Source: Podarcis bocagei
Taxonomy: Eukaryota
Reading direction: 5' to 3' (one strand)
DNA: 64,000 bases
NCBI GenBank assembly: GCA_964188305.1
Contig: OZ076889.1
Shown here: positions 51,837-64,000 of the stretch, in pieces
Layout: each line of letters opens with the position of its first letter
Position numbering within the stretch: position 1 is the stretch's first letter
Translations under genes and position numbers: made by a program
The notes under the pieces: generated by a model
What the model was told of the DNA's origin: nothing
The model's database searches: none
What the model saw: only the letters and a program-made list of their open reading frames with translations

Positions 51837-51878
<42 letters not shown>
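51837..51878. repeat. (GT)n microsatellite
   Basis: Direct observation. Confidence 0.98.
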
Positions 51879-51884
<6 letters not shown>

Positions 51885-52494
51885 CCACTCCTCTGAAGAA
51901 AAGAAAACAACAAAACAGCCAACACAACACAAAGTTAAACACAAATGGGCAGTACACTCAACTGGGCTTTGGGAGGCAACCATAGAAAATAAGGCTTTAA
52001 AAGCAATGCAAAGTGGCCCCAACTGAAGGTATTAAAATCAAGAAGGATGCATTGAATATGCCTTCACCAGCCCTCCAAAAGGTTCCAATTCGCAGCTTGA
52101 ATTTGCATTTGCAGGACTGCACAGAGGCTTTGAAGAATCTGTACCCGTCCCAAACCCCGAACCAAGCTTCGTTGGGAAAGGCATGCTCTAAGAGTCACAA
52201 TTCAGCTATTAAAGGTTGATCATGCTAGTCATTGAAAGGCATAAAGTATTTGCAGTTTTTGAAAGGCAAAAAGTATTTGCAGTTTTGCAGGAACAAACTA
52301 ACAATCTAATATTCACTTAACTGGATGGATGGCATGTTTTCTTCAGTTGATGTGCATATTGTACACACACATGTATATAGAAAGAAAAATGTAAATATTT
52401 GGGTTAAATGGTTGTGAAATGCAGCAGATGACAATTCTTATGTCTTGTTTAAATATATACAAAATAAACACAGTATAGCCATTCACCAATAATT

Positions 52495-52553
52495 GGCACT
52501 GGGAAACCCAGCCAGATGGGCGGGGTATAAATAATAAATTGTTGTTGTTGTTA
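52495..52553 (+). mobile_element. L2-type 3' terminal fragment
   Basis: gggaaacccagccagatgggcggggtataaataataaattgttgttgttg. Confidence 0.65.
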
Positions 52554-52653
52554 CTGCTACTGTTAATGGTTACTGTACTTACCTTGTAGATATTTAAGCT
52601 TTGCCAAAGACTATACCTCTTGCATTTTATGGTCATTTGCCCCTATTGTTTAC

Positions 52654-52797
52654 NNNNNNNNNNNNNNNNNNNNNNNNNNNNNNNNNNNNNNNNNNNNNNN
52701 NNNNNNNNNNNNNNNNNNNNNNNNNNNNNNNNNNNNNNNNNNNNNNNNNNNNNNNNNNNNNNNNNNNNNNNNNNNNNNNNNNNNNNNNNNNNNNNNN
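52654..52797. other. Assembly gap (144 N)
   Basis: Run of N. Confidence 1.
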
Positions 52798-55700
52798 TAC
52801 TTCTGCTGCTGTTCCACCACCCTTTGTGAGGGAAGTATTATGGAGTGTCTGTTGTTTCTGCTTATTGCTTGGCAAGGGCTGAGCTGGTTGTATCCTCCAT
52901 TCACTTCTTTGAAATTGGGCAGGGGGCTGACATTTGGTGTCTTTCAGGCAGATAGCTGCCTCTCTCACACACCCCTTCCTATGAACTCTTGATTATCCAA
53001 AACTTTGGATGAGCTCACTCCAGTATGACCCATGCCACATAAGGGGAGCTCAATAGAAAAACGTCCTATTTGCTCACCTAAACTTCTAAAATTGTCACAT
53101 AATGGAATGCCCCAAGTTGCTTTGATAAATTATGCTGTGTTCTATGTCCTCAGGGTAGAAGAAGGGGTGTGAGAGACATGCTGAGTGGAAACTAGGAAAG
53201 GCACTACAGAAGCTGCAGCGTGAGGAATTGTCAGCATTAAAAATAAACCCTATCATTCTGAAAGGGGAATTCTTTTGGGAAAAGCTGAGAAGGGCGGGAG
53301 ATGAAAAATATGAATTAGGTTTAGAAAAGTAAGCTTCAGTGATATCTTTTGCTGTCTTTGTATTTAGCCAGCTATTTCCTCTGACTTTTCAGTTAGGTGT
53401 GATTACTTGGTGGCTGGATGAGGGGAGGAAATCTTGGTCAGCTAGGTTCTGGAAGGGTGGGGTGCATAAAAATGAAGAGGAAAATATATAATTGGGGGGG
53501 TCCCTATTCTGTAAGTATACCAGCATGTTAACAAAAAAATAGAAAACATGAAATATTCTGCCAAGGGGTGAGTACTTTATATACTGTTTCCCGAATTTAA
53601 AAAGGGGGGGGGGGTGAAGGGGAATACATATACTAAAGACTTTCACTCATTCTTATTGCACTTGAATGCCAAAATATCACATTTGCTTAAGCCTATTTTA
53701 CTGCTAGCAGCTGTCTGTTATATGGTGACTGCTGGAGAGCTCGCCCAAGAGCAGGTGAGCACCATCTGCCTGCCCCTGACAAGATGCCCATTTCATTTAG
53801 ACAAAAAGCTGACAGCTACATGGCCACCATCTTCACGCAATAATATAAAAACCCTTTTCTCAAATGCTGCTGTAACCTTTCACAGATATTCAAATAGGCA
53901 TTGTATACCTAGAGAAGCAGTAACACGTCTCCCCCAATCCGCCCCCTTCCCCCTCCAGCCTCTCCATGTTTAAATAAATCCCCTCTCAGGCACACTGGTG
54001 AGCATGCTTTCAGAAAGACCCATAATTGGCTTGCCTACTGATCTGTGAAGAGTACATTTTCTACAAAAGCTCTCTCCCCGCTACCCCTTCTTTAAGAGGA
54101 GGGGGGATCTCCCTGTCCTCGAACAAAAACGTGTGTCAAGCTAACACAAAATTACCATTTTTAGCAAGTGGTTTTGTAATATAGTCTACAAAACACAGCT
54201 GATAAGTATTAAATACGCCAACAAGAGGGAAAGGCCTTAAATTGAGGTGAAAAGGGTCAATATGGCCACTGCATTAACTGCTGGCAGCTCTCAGCTGTTT
54301 CCTATTATTCTTCCTTTCTTTAAAAGTTCCCTCAGCCCCCCGAAAAATGGTGGTCACAACGTGTGTCTTTTTCTCCTCATCTGGTATGGCAACACTTAAA
54401 ATAAATGAAGAGTATTCAGAAGACTGTCTATCAATGCAAGTTCTAGATGAAGCTTACAGAAAAGCCAAATGAATGATAAAGCTGTCTCATTGGCTGAAAA
54501 CATCTCTTGGCAGTCTAAGGGCCAATTCAAACTTTTAAAGTTTCCACATCAAGGCCACTAAAATATGGTAGTAGCTGGCAGCACACAGAAGTCAAAGGTA
54601 ATACCAGATAATGAGTGTAAGCTGACTGAATGTAATCCGTCCGTACGATGGGAGGCCATTTTGTGGCAATTCTTCTCCCCTCTGAAGTACCCATAAATAT
54701 TGGTAAGCTAAGGTCATCATAAATATCCCACTTTACAGAGGATAGCCCTCTATATGAAAGGCTGTCCATTCCAAGTCTGTTTTAAGGATCAAAATCGTAA
54801 GAAGGGGAAGGAGACACTTTGAAGTTACACAAGTCACCTGGTCATAAGTCATTCCCAATATGGCAAGATGCATTGTATTTATAGTAATTATTTCTAAATC
54901 TGCATCTATACATATGAATCAGCATAAGCAACATTTTGTGCAAATATGTACTGTATAGTATTTTGTCCCTTTTTTGATGATGTACAAGTGGCCACCATAT
55001 TGCAAACTGTTTATTGTGTAGATAGATATTACAGTGACAAGTTTCAATACATGTCCATCTAACATTCACGGAGCACCATACAAATGTTACAAGCAACACA
55101 CCAAGTTCTCCTACACAGATCCATTTTCTGGCAGCCTCCACATGGGGTCCGTCACATTTTAACTCAGAAGTCGCAGGCTGAGATCTGGGGTTGCCCACCT
55201 TATATTAGAGGTGGGGACAAAAAATATTTATATCTTCCCAGGATCCTTGTCAGCAGTGTTTACAAACAAACCATGCAAAAAACAGCACTGAAAATCTTTT
55301 GTTAGTGTTCCATCACACTGCAACAACATCCAGCTCTTCTTGCAACTACAGTACTTAGGCACCAAGAAAGAGCTTTACAGGGCATGATATTCTGAATCCA
55401 AGGAATGAACCTCCTTCAAAAACTCACCTATGCATTCCCTATTCTGCTCTTTTGGAAAGGAAAGAACATCTCTGTATTTGCTCGTTTCTTTCTTAGACCA
55501 GCAATACTCCACATTTTTCAAAGTCCACTGGGATACAGCACTATGTGCACAAAAAGACCAAGGGATGTAAATCCATACCTCACTGCAAAGTCAGCTTTTA
55601 TGGCTGTGGCAATGTGGTTCTTGACAGTTAACTGGGGTGCTGAGTGCTTAACTGAATGACTTCATGAACTCCTGACTTCACTTGCTTTCAGACTACAAAA

Positions 55701-57024
55701 TGAGTAGAAAGCTTTGACACAACTTGATGCTGCATCCTTGCTTTAAATCTGTAAGGAGAACATGACTGAGGAGGAAGAGTTATAAGCAGGACTGGCTGTG
55801 GCACACAGAAGAACTGTCCTATAAGGGCAGCATGATTGCAGCACAATCAAATCCTTCACCCACCAAAGGCCAGCATTTTCTATTTCTATCCAGAACATGG
55901 TGCAAATCCTTTGAGTCGGTGCTAAGGTTAAGTCATGAGGTGTACCAGATGGTCATTTGTGGGACTAGTCAGGACCGGGCAAGAAAGGGCAAACAACAAA
56001 AGAACTTGTTTTAGAAGTGCTGCAAGTGAACTAAGGGCAAAGGAATCTCTTTCAGAATGGCAGATTGAGCTCTTTCTTTGGTGGTCCTGTGCCTTAGTTC
56101 TTCACACCACACACTTTAAAAGGTCCTACTGCCTTAGAAGTGGTGCATGGGATTTTTTGGTTGTACGTTTCAGAAAAGGCCCACTGCTGTGCAGAGATCT
56201 GAGAGGATCTTTGGAGACAATGAGATATTATGAAACTCTCTCTTCTTCTTCTTTAATTTAAAGAGCAAAGGGGGATTTACATTCATTTAAGAGGTGAGTT
56301 TGAATAGCTTCCTAAAAGAGGAAGGAAAGCTTCTTGAAACCAAGATCATCTTGGTTCTTCACAAATATTGTAATCTTCACAAATTAAGAGTGAAAGAATT
56401 TGCGAGTTTCATAATCGCCAAGGGAGTGCACTTTTATTATCGGTTCCATTCCTAGAAAGCTCTCAGTGACTCTACTATGTTTTCAGTAAAAGAGAAAATG
56501 AAGAAAGGAATCTTAGAGAAATAAGAACAAAAACTGAGCAAGATTATGAAATGGGTTTATGTTTGGTTGAAAACTGAGAAGCTCCTCAAAATACAAGGAA
56601 AGGATAGGTGGGAAATGGTGGAACAGGAATCCCTCACAAAGTCACTGGCACAGTTATTCTCCCAAGGTGTGCCATGGAAATATAAACAGGGGTTTATATA
56701 AGTCAGAGGTCTTAGATGTTCTTAACACTCTATATCCCTCAGAGCAGGTAGGGCCTGTGCACCAACCATTTCCTTCCCACTCACAATATATGGGGCAGTG
56801 ATCATATTCTGTGGGAGGGAGTAACATGCATCAGGATTTTTATTTTTGGAAGCAATTTGGCCTAGAGGTGAGAGGTATGGGGAAAATCCCTTAAGCATCA
56901 CCGCTGCCCATGAACTATGGCCCCATCCAGAGTCCTGGACTGACTGGTGAAAGGGACTGGATGACCCCAGAAGGTAAAATGAATTGGCTATCTCTCAGCT
57001 GAAAGATAATGCCTGTCTATTGTT

Positions 57025-57025
<1 letters not shown>

Positions 57026-57063
<38 letters not shown>
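57026..57063. repeat. (GT)n microsatellite
   Basis: Direct observation. Confidence 0.98.
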
Positions 57064-57066
<3 letters not shown>

Positions 57067-57864
57067 CACATGTGCATGCACACGCACACATTTATTTTTA
57101 GTCGAATCAAAGTAGCATGCCTCCAATTTTAATCCAGAAAATAACATTGTGCCCCATGTATCAGGAATTTGGAAAACAGTACACCAGCCAAAAAAATGAC
57201 AATGTTTAGAAAAGCATTAGAAGAGAAGCATTTGCCATGGGCTACACTAGTGCTGGATATTATTCCTATCAGTGTGCCTAACTCTCTCTTTTTCATATTC
57301 TGTAATTAAGTAAGAAACAGTTGTGCAAGTATTTCCTGGCAGAAATGTTCACTTGGGATGCAGCTTAGCACAAGGCGCTGTGCTGTAGTTTGCTTCCCTT
57401 TCACCTCCAGAGATTTCCTTTCCTGCCATGTATGGCTCTTTTACCAGATTTGCTTCGATGTGGCTCCTAAACCAAGATTTCTAAATCTCTCTAATGTCTC
57501 AGCAACTTTCTCCTCCTTCCACATGCCCGCTCCCCTCCCCCCCTCCCAGTTAATCCCTGAGACCAGTCTTGACTAATCCCTTTGAGCCATATGGAGCTTG
57601 AACCACTGAGATCTCAACTATGCCCCCAGAATATTTAGCTCTGCCTTAGGCGGTACCTTATAAGCGCTGCAGCAGCAGCTGGCACAAAGCACTCCAGAAT
57701 GCAGCATTCGAACCTGGCAGTTCCAAGAGGAGAACGGAAAGGTGCTCTGAACAGGTATGACGGGAACGGGGTGCTCTTTGCCAAAGGAGAAATAGTCTAG
57801 AAGAGCGCCAGAATCAGAACAGCACAAAGTGTCAAAGGACTGGGCTGCTCCTATATGCAAAGTC

Positions 57865-58081
57865 TTCTGGTTAACTTTATTGATGGCCACTAGCTATGAT
57901 GATTGTGGACCGTCTCCAATGGTCAGAGGCTGCCATGCTTCTGAATACCAGTTACTGAAAACTCACCCAATGAGAGAGTGCTCTCGGGCTCGAATCTTGC
58001 TTACAAGTTTCCCACAGGCATCTGTGAGAACAGGATGCTGGACCAGATGGGCCATTGGCCTGATCCAGCAGGCTCTTATGT
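57865..58081 (+). mobile_element. CR1 3' UTR (second family)
   Basis: tgatggccactagc...gcttctgaataccagtt...ttcccacaggcatct.gtgagaacaggatgctggaccagatgggccattggcctgatccagcaggctcttatgt. Confidence 0.75.
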
Positions 58082-58096
58082 ACTATATGGAAAGAC

Positions 58097-58160
58097 AGGA
58101 GTGCCTGGCGTGCTCTGGTCCATGGGGTCACGAAGAGTCGGACACGACTAAACAACAACG
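58097..58160 (+). mobile_element. Extremely 5'-truncated Bov-B (RTE) LINE with 15-bp TSD
   Basis: aggagtgcctggcgtgctctggtccatggggtcacgaagagtcggacacgactaaacaacaac is the Bov-B 3' end; perfect TSD actatatggaaagac at 58082-58096 and 58161-58175. Confidence 0.9.
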
Positions 58161-58567
58161 ACTATATGGAAAGACTGAGGTGGAATCAAATACATGTGTT
58201 TATTTTGGAACAAAAGTTTATCTTGTCCTTAATTCCCAGAACGAGCTATGTGTAAGTACAGTTCAGAGTGACCACTGCAATATGGTGGGGAGCAGACATA
58301 TATTTGGGGACGAGGAGTCCATGTCATTTATGCCTCCTCCAGCTGTATATCTATTTGTATATCTGCACGTGCACACAGCTATATTAACATTAAACATGGA
58401 AAACAAGAATATTTTGTTAACTTCTCGTATGATAATCTTGAATTTTCTGTGGTAGGAGGGGAAGGGAAGACCCAAAGGTCAAGTTAGTTTACAAGTGAGT
58501 CCCATAAGGTTCAGTAAGTGTATGGGTGGGTCCCACTTCAAAATATTTGAGAAGGATTGCTCTAGGG

Positions 58568-58959
58568 CAGGGGTGGGCAGTAGGTAGCTCAGGATCTACT
58601 GGTAGATCTGGAGTGATCTGCAGTAGGTCAGCAAGAACTCAGACTCTCAACTGTTTAAGCGGCAACAGCAAAAAGCCACCCCTCTCCTGCTAATTTAGGC
58701 TGCTGAAGAAAGTTTAGGAGTAATACCAGGAGTGGGTTTTGGGGTGATAGGACTGTAAGCTCATTTAACCTATGAAAACAAATTTCTGCTCAAATACATC
58801 CTGTTCCTTAATTATAGGGATATGTCCCTATCTCACCACAAGCCACTAAAGCACCTGACTCGAGCTGGTGATTTTGGGATTCTGGTAAACAAACAAACAA
58901 ACAAAACAACAAAACCCAACCAAAGTACATCCCATAAGCCTGAAGTCTGCCTGTCACTG
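58568..58959. mobile_element. hAT (Charlie-like) non-autonomous element
   Basis: caggggtgggca... / ...ctgcctgtcactg termini, gatctac/gtagatc subterminal motifs, TSD ctctaggg / atctaggg. Confidence 0.65.
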
Positions 58960-59094
58960 ATCTAGGGAGTGGTTCGGTTTTGGCACATCTGCCATAGCCT
59001 CATGTTTCACTACACAGCCTGCCAAGCATCATAATCTTCCAGCTGATGGACCTGATACACAACTGCAAATACTGTAACATGGAAATCCACTAGG

Positions 59095-59216
59095 GCTGAG
59101 AGTGGAAACCAATACTCCTCCAGATGTTGGACTCCATCAGTTCCAGCCAGCGTGGCCAAAGGTCAAGGTTGATGGGGGTTGGAGTCCAACAACATTTGGA
59201 GGGCCACAGGTTTCCC
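59095..59216. mobile_element. Palindromic hAT MITE (degenerate)
   Basis: ctccagatgttggactcc...gatgggggttggagtccaacaacatttggagggccacaggtttccc. Confidence 0.65.
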
Positions 59217-60790
59217 AAGGGCCACAGGAAAGAGCGCCATGAATCATAACATCTTGTCCAGGTTTGGTTGTTTATATAAAGTTGTTCGTTATCCAGACCA
59301 GAGAAAACAAAAACAGAGGGCACTTCAGATTAGGCATAGTTGTAAGATCACCTCTGCACACTTCCTACATAAAATGTGCAGTCGTAAACCACCACATGGG
59401 GAAAGAGAACAGGCACAATTTGACTCATTCTCCTAAGAAAGAAACATTCCTGCTTCAGCAGCCCAGCTTGATTTCTAGGCAGAAACTGAAGTGCCAGTCT
59501 CCAAGAGCTCAAGACCTTTTGAAGTAGGTCAACCAGAGCAAAGGGCCACGGGGGTAAATCTGATGTAAGCTACCATGTAATTCAGTGCTATCTGCAATAA
59601 ACTGGATGCTTTCTTCATGCCTGGTGAAAGCAAGAAACTAATTTGGCATGGAGGATGGGCAGATTTCAGACAACTGGTAGGAGGATATAGGTGCTTTCAC
59701 AATAAGACAGATGAAATAGAGCAGTACAATTCACAAGCTGGATTAACTCTTCAGCGGACTCAAGGAGGATAGGGAGTCTGCACACTTGGAAGAAAAATAG
59801 GATGAATTATGTCAAATTTATGGTTACAATGGAGAGGGGAAGTCTGTACAGATTCATCTATGCAACACAAACGCAATATAAGGCTTCCAAGGACAAACAA
59901 TTACATTTTCCCCTCCAGCTTGTACTAGCCAAGGACGTCTTGTTTCCTTTTTCAAAAGGCATCTTGTAGCTCAAGGCTTCCACTACTGTTTCTGCTAAGT
60001 TCTCACCCTAGCAAGCAATCTGTAGTACTACAAGGGTGTGTGGCCGTCATTCAAGGGGAGATTTCAGTATCAAACTCACTAAGCATCACACATGCAGCCA
60101 AAGATTTACCTGCGTGATGAAAGAAATAGCATGAACTGGCACAAATTCTAATGCATGAGTACATTTAGTTTACATTGCCGGGGAGGGTTTGCAGTACTAA
60201 GGTTGGTTTCGCTAAGGTGCAGGGTGGCTGGCTGGGTGTAAGAGGTCAAAGGCAAAGGGAAGACTTTTCTTATGAGAGACAAGCGCAAGGAGCCATGACC
60301 AAGAAAGCTGCACATTATCACTTCCCATCAATGCCCAGTCTTGCTTCCCCTCCCCCACCTTCTGAACTTTTAAAGTGACATAGCTTCTTAAGTGTACCTT
60401 TTCAGAACTTTTTTCATGACCACAAAGACTAAAATTTTGTTGTTTGTTGTAGAAATTGACACCTGGATATTTCAAGCAAGCGAAAGTCTAAGTGATATTA
60501 ACGCAATTCCACACAGTATAGCACATTTAGAGGTGGATGAAATAGGATGAATTAAACAAACAGGGAACAAAACTCTTCCAAATCCTGTAAGCTCCCACAA
60601 ACAATCGCATTTAGATGCCGCCTGAAGAATCACACACACACAAAACTGGTCGTGCTTTTACTATCCTAGCCACACACCCTGCCCTCCGAAAGCTCCGAAA
60701 CAGATCAAGTCAAAATTATTTTTGCTGAATGATTGCATTTATATGCCACCTTTCTGCCAAGGCACCTAAGGCTGTTTACAATTTAAAATA

Positions 60791-61836
60791 CAGTGGTACC
60801 TCACAAGACGAATGCCTCGCAAGACGGAAAACCCGCAAGACGAAAGGGTTTTCTGTTTTGGAGGCGCTTCGCAAGACGAATTTCCCTATGGGCTTGCTTC
60901 GCAAGACGAAAGCCCATAGGGAAATCTCCGGGGACCTCTTTTAAATGCTGGTGGTGGGGAGCAAAGCCTTTCCCCCCCCTCCGGCCTTCAGAAGAGGTCC
61001 AGGAAGGCCGGCGGGGCCCGAAAGGCTTTGCTCCCCACCGCCAGCATTTTAAAAGCAGTCCGGGATAGCAGGGAAGCGCTTCCCGCTATCGCAGACGGCT
61101 TTTGAAGGCAGGCGGGGGGGAGCAAAGACTTTCGCCCCCCGCCCGCCTTCAGAAGAGGTCCAGGACCTCTTCTGAAGGCGGGCGGGGGGCGAAAGTCTTT
61201 GCTCCCCCCTGCCTGCCTTCCCGGGAGAGCGGAGAAAGGCAGCGCGTTTCTCCGCTGTCCCGGACGGCTTTTGAAGGCAGGGGGGGGCAAAGCCTTTCGC
61301 CCCCCGCCCGCCTTCAGAAGAGGTCCAGGACCTCTTCTGAAGGCAGGCGGGGGGCGAAAGTCTTTGCTCCCCCCTGCCTGCCTTCCCGGGAGAGCGGAGA
61401 AAGGCAGCACGTTTCTCCGCTGTCCCGGACGGCTTTGGAAGGCAGGCGGTGGGGAGCAAAGACTTTCGCCCCCCGCCCGCCTTCAGAAGAGGTCCAGGAC
61501 CTCTTCTGAAGGCGGGCGGGGGGCGAAAGTCTTTGTCCCCCCTGCCTGCCTTCCCAGGGGCTTTTACATCGCCCCGGACAGCGGAGAAGTCCTCCACTGT
61601 CCCGGGGTTTTTTAAAATGCTGGGGGTGGGAAGAAAAGCCCTTGTCCCCCCCCCCAGCCTTCAGAAGAGGTCGGGGGACAGACTGTCCCCGGACCTGGTC
61701 TGAAGGCGGTTTCCATAGGAACGCATTAATTGATTTTCAATGCATTCCTATGGGAAACCGTGCATCGCAAGACGAAAAACTCGCAAGAAGAAAAAACTTG
61801 CGAAACGAATTAATTTCGTCTTGCGAGGCACCACTG
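60791..61836. mobile_element. Tc1/mariner (Tigger-like) non-autonomous element, 1,046 bp, with internal tandem palindromes
   Basis: TIRs CAGTGGTACCTCACAAGACGAA / TTCGTCTTGCGAGGCACCACTG with TA TSD (60789-90, 61837-38); reiterated cgcaagacgaa subterminal motifs. Confidence 0.92.
61094..61560. repeat. About 3 copies of a 165-169-bp GC-rich palindromic tandem unit
   Basis: Units start at 61094, 61263 and 61428 (gacggcttt.gaaggcagg...), each centred on ccttcagaagaggtcc-a-ggacctcttctgaagg. Confidence 0.9.
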
Positions 61837-64000
61837 TACTTGAAAAACAAAAGCAGGGTCACCTCAGGTCATTAGTGGTCGCCTCAGAAGCTGACTGAAC
61901 GAGACTGAATGAGATATTTTTTAAAAATATTTCATTGAGATCTGGTTTTAGTTTATACCAAAACAAACACAGCAGCAGCAAACTGAAATAACAACAACAA
62001 CAACTGAGGGAAGAGGGAAGGGGAGAGGGATCGGTTAGCATTCATAGGTTTTCCTCATTTTCAATTTAGGGGTGTCATAAACAAAATACTTTCAGCTAGG
62101 GGGAGAGTTTGGTATAAGGCTTGCCTGGGCAGGAAACATCCAACTGCTAATTTTTAATTCCATGTTCCTATTACCAGCTTCTGATGTTGGTCATAAAGCT
62201 AAACTACAAAGATATGTCACCTAGTAGATATGGTGATCTACAGTCAGCATCCAATACCTAAATCTAGGTGGGAAGGATAACTAGTATACCCAGATATGTT
62301 CATCTAAAAAGGTGGTCTTGTATTATATTTATCTGGTTATGCTAGAAGTACCTTTTTGGAAGCTAGTGTTTGTGGAACATTAAGAGGTACCTCTGCCCCT
62401 TCTGCCCACTACAATGTCTTCTGTCCACCCTGTCAGAGAATCAGGAAAGTTCACCACACAAGGAATATGAGATACCCCTACCCTACCATTCTGGATGACC
62501 TTAAGAAGGGCAGAGAAACCCTGAATATGAAGCTGTATGTTCAGTGGGAATGTTCCATTTATGGCCCAAAGATGATGACAAGCAAGGCAAGAGGACAACT
62601 GCATCTCTGAAATCCCCCAAAAAACCAATTCTCAGGATTATCAGCCCTGATTTGGGATGAAGAGAAATCAAATGAGTGTGACAGGTAAATGGTAAGTTAA
62701 CAAAGTCAGGGACAGACTGGTCCCTGCTTGACCACAGACGTCTTTGGGGAAGTCAATGTTAATGGTCCCTTGCTGCTCAGATGTATAAGGAGCAATGCAT
62801 CTTTAATTGTTGGCCCAATTTGTTGGACAAGAAGACTTAAAAAAAAAATATTCCAGCAGGCTTTTCAATTGAATTCTCATTTTATAGTTTTTAGTCATTT
62901 TCAGTCTTATCATATTGGGTCTTTTGTACAGTGCTTAGCTATGACCGTGATGAAGCAGTATACAATATTTTTTTTGGGGGGGGGGAGATAAATAATACAA
63001 CTCAAGCATTTTCCACTGACTGCGCCTCGCACTTCACCAAGGTCTGGGGCCATCTTAATTAAGGAAATGAACCAAGGAAGAATGTAAATGGTATCAGGAT
63101 AGCTCTCAGAAACTCAGATTAAAATAGGGCAGAATTGTCCCACAACATCTGGCAATCATACAGAGGCCACAGGAGAAGAGGCCACATCTTTGAAGGATGT
63201 CATTTATCAAGACACATATTCCCCCCCAAATAAGACAAGTACTGCAACAGCAACCACTACCTAGAAAAGAAATGTTTTATCTACATCCCTTCATCAACCT
63301 TGCTTCTTCAGAAGATGTGAAGCCAATGGAAAGGGGCGACTGGATCCCCAATAAAACACCCCCCTTTCACATGTTTCAACACCATTTGTATAAATTGCTC
63401 AATAAACTGGACCTGAATGTGTTCTGAGAAAAGTCATTTTATTTATGTTTGGTTTTTAAATCAAATCAAAATAAGTCTTTAGTTTAGAGGGGGTGGGGAG
63501 GGATGGTACGAACCTGAGCAGAAGCAAATTTCAGCAAAAAGCCTACATGCAACTGCAAAGCCAGCATCTCCCATCATGGGAAAAAGTTTTTCACACAGCA
63601 AAAGGAAGTGACATCAGAAGCCAGGGGCTTTTTATTAGTACAGCACCCTGCTAAGCTTTACAAAAGGGGCAGTGTGAATTCTAAAGACTCTCTTATTGCA
63701 GAGAAGAGCCCTTCAATCTTCCCTCAGGCTGCAGCTTTTGTATTGCCTTTACCACAACAGCCTTGTCTGGATTTGTTAATGATCATTTAAGCCCCCCAAA
63801 AGGAATTGCTGCAGATTGTACCTTAAGACAACCACCGAACAAACCAAGCCCCACTGCCACCACAAAATAGAAACTAGAAAATCCCAGAAACCATGTATAT
63901 CGCACACTTCTTCGAGAGCAATAGGGCATGTAAAGAAACAACACTTGCTATGAGTTCCTTCATCTTAAAATATGTTTGGGGAAATTTTTGACAACTACAG

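Larger units (their letters stand above)
25685..64000 (-). other. SSBP3: SSBP3 large upstream intron (partial; the preceding LUFS-domain exon lies beyond the window)
   Basis: Acceptor at 25685-25686. The expected upstream exon (VFWDLYCAAPERR...AFHDY) was not found in the window. Confidence 0.8.

Noticed and set aside
52570-52653. Strong AAG|GTAAGT donor on the gene strand
   Set aside because: No acceptor visible before the adjacent assembly gap and no SSBP3-like peptide; cannot be evaluated.
57829-58455. 208-aa plus ORF
   Set aside because: Runs through a CR1 3' UTR and the Bov-B stub; not a gene.
60988-61703. Multiple overlapping repetitive ORFs on both strands; CRISPR-like repeat appearance
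   Set aside because: Stop-poor GC-rich palindromic tandem units inside a MITE; no transposase motifs, no unique spacers, eukaryotic context.

Overview
Vertebrate, non-prokaryotic genomic DNA, almost certainly from a squamate and most likely a lacertid lizard (two near-full-length Sauria SINEs plus Bov-B, CR1, L2, L1, hAT and Tigger-like elements). The window lies inside the SSBP3 gene (single-stranded DNA binding protein 3, LDB1/LIM cofactor) on the minus strand. Only two coding exons are present: 25595-25684 ([30 protein letters not shown]) and 473-553 (GPPGSQPSPHAQPPPHNPNSMMGPHSQ), separated by a 25,041-bp intron. Everything from 25685 to 64000 appears to be the large upstream intron. Nearly all ORFs in the supplied track are spurious or TE remnants. 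There are two assembly gaps. Most notable non-coding observations: (1) a perfect 106-bp inverted repeat of a Penelope-like retroelement end inside an (AT)n microsatellite, each arm carrying a minimal hammerhead-ribozyme core (45089-45425); (2) a strong candidate 94-nt frameshifting (poison) exon at 31682-31775; (3) a 1,046-bp Tigger-like MITE filled with tandem GC-rich palindromes (60791-61836); (4) clustered splicing-regulator motifs around both exons; (5) several homeodomain-motif-rich, repeat-free blocks that look like conserved enhancers. I see no unambiguous novel system; these are hypotheses. TE family names come from recalled consensus features, not a database search.
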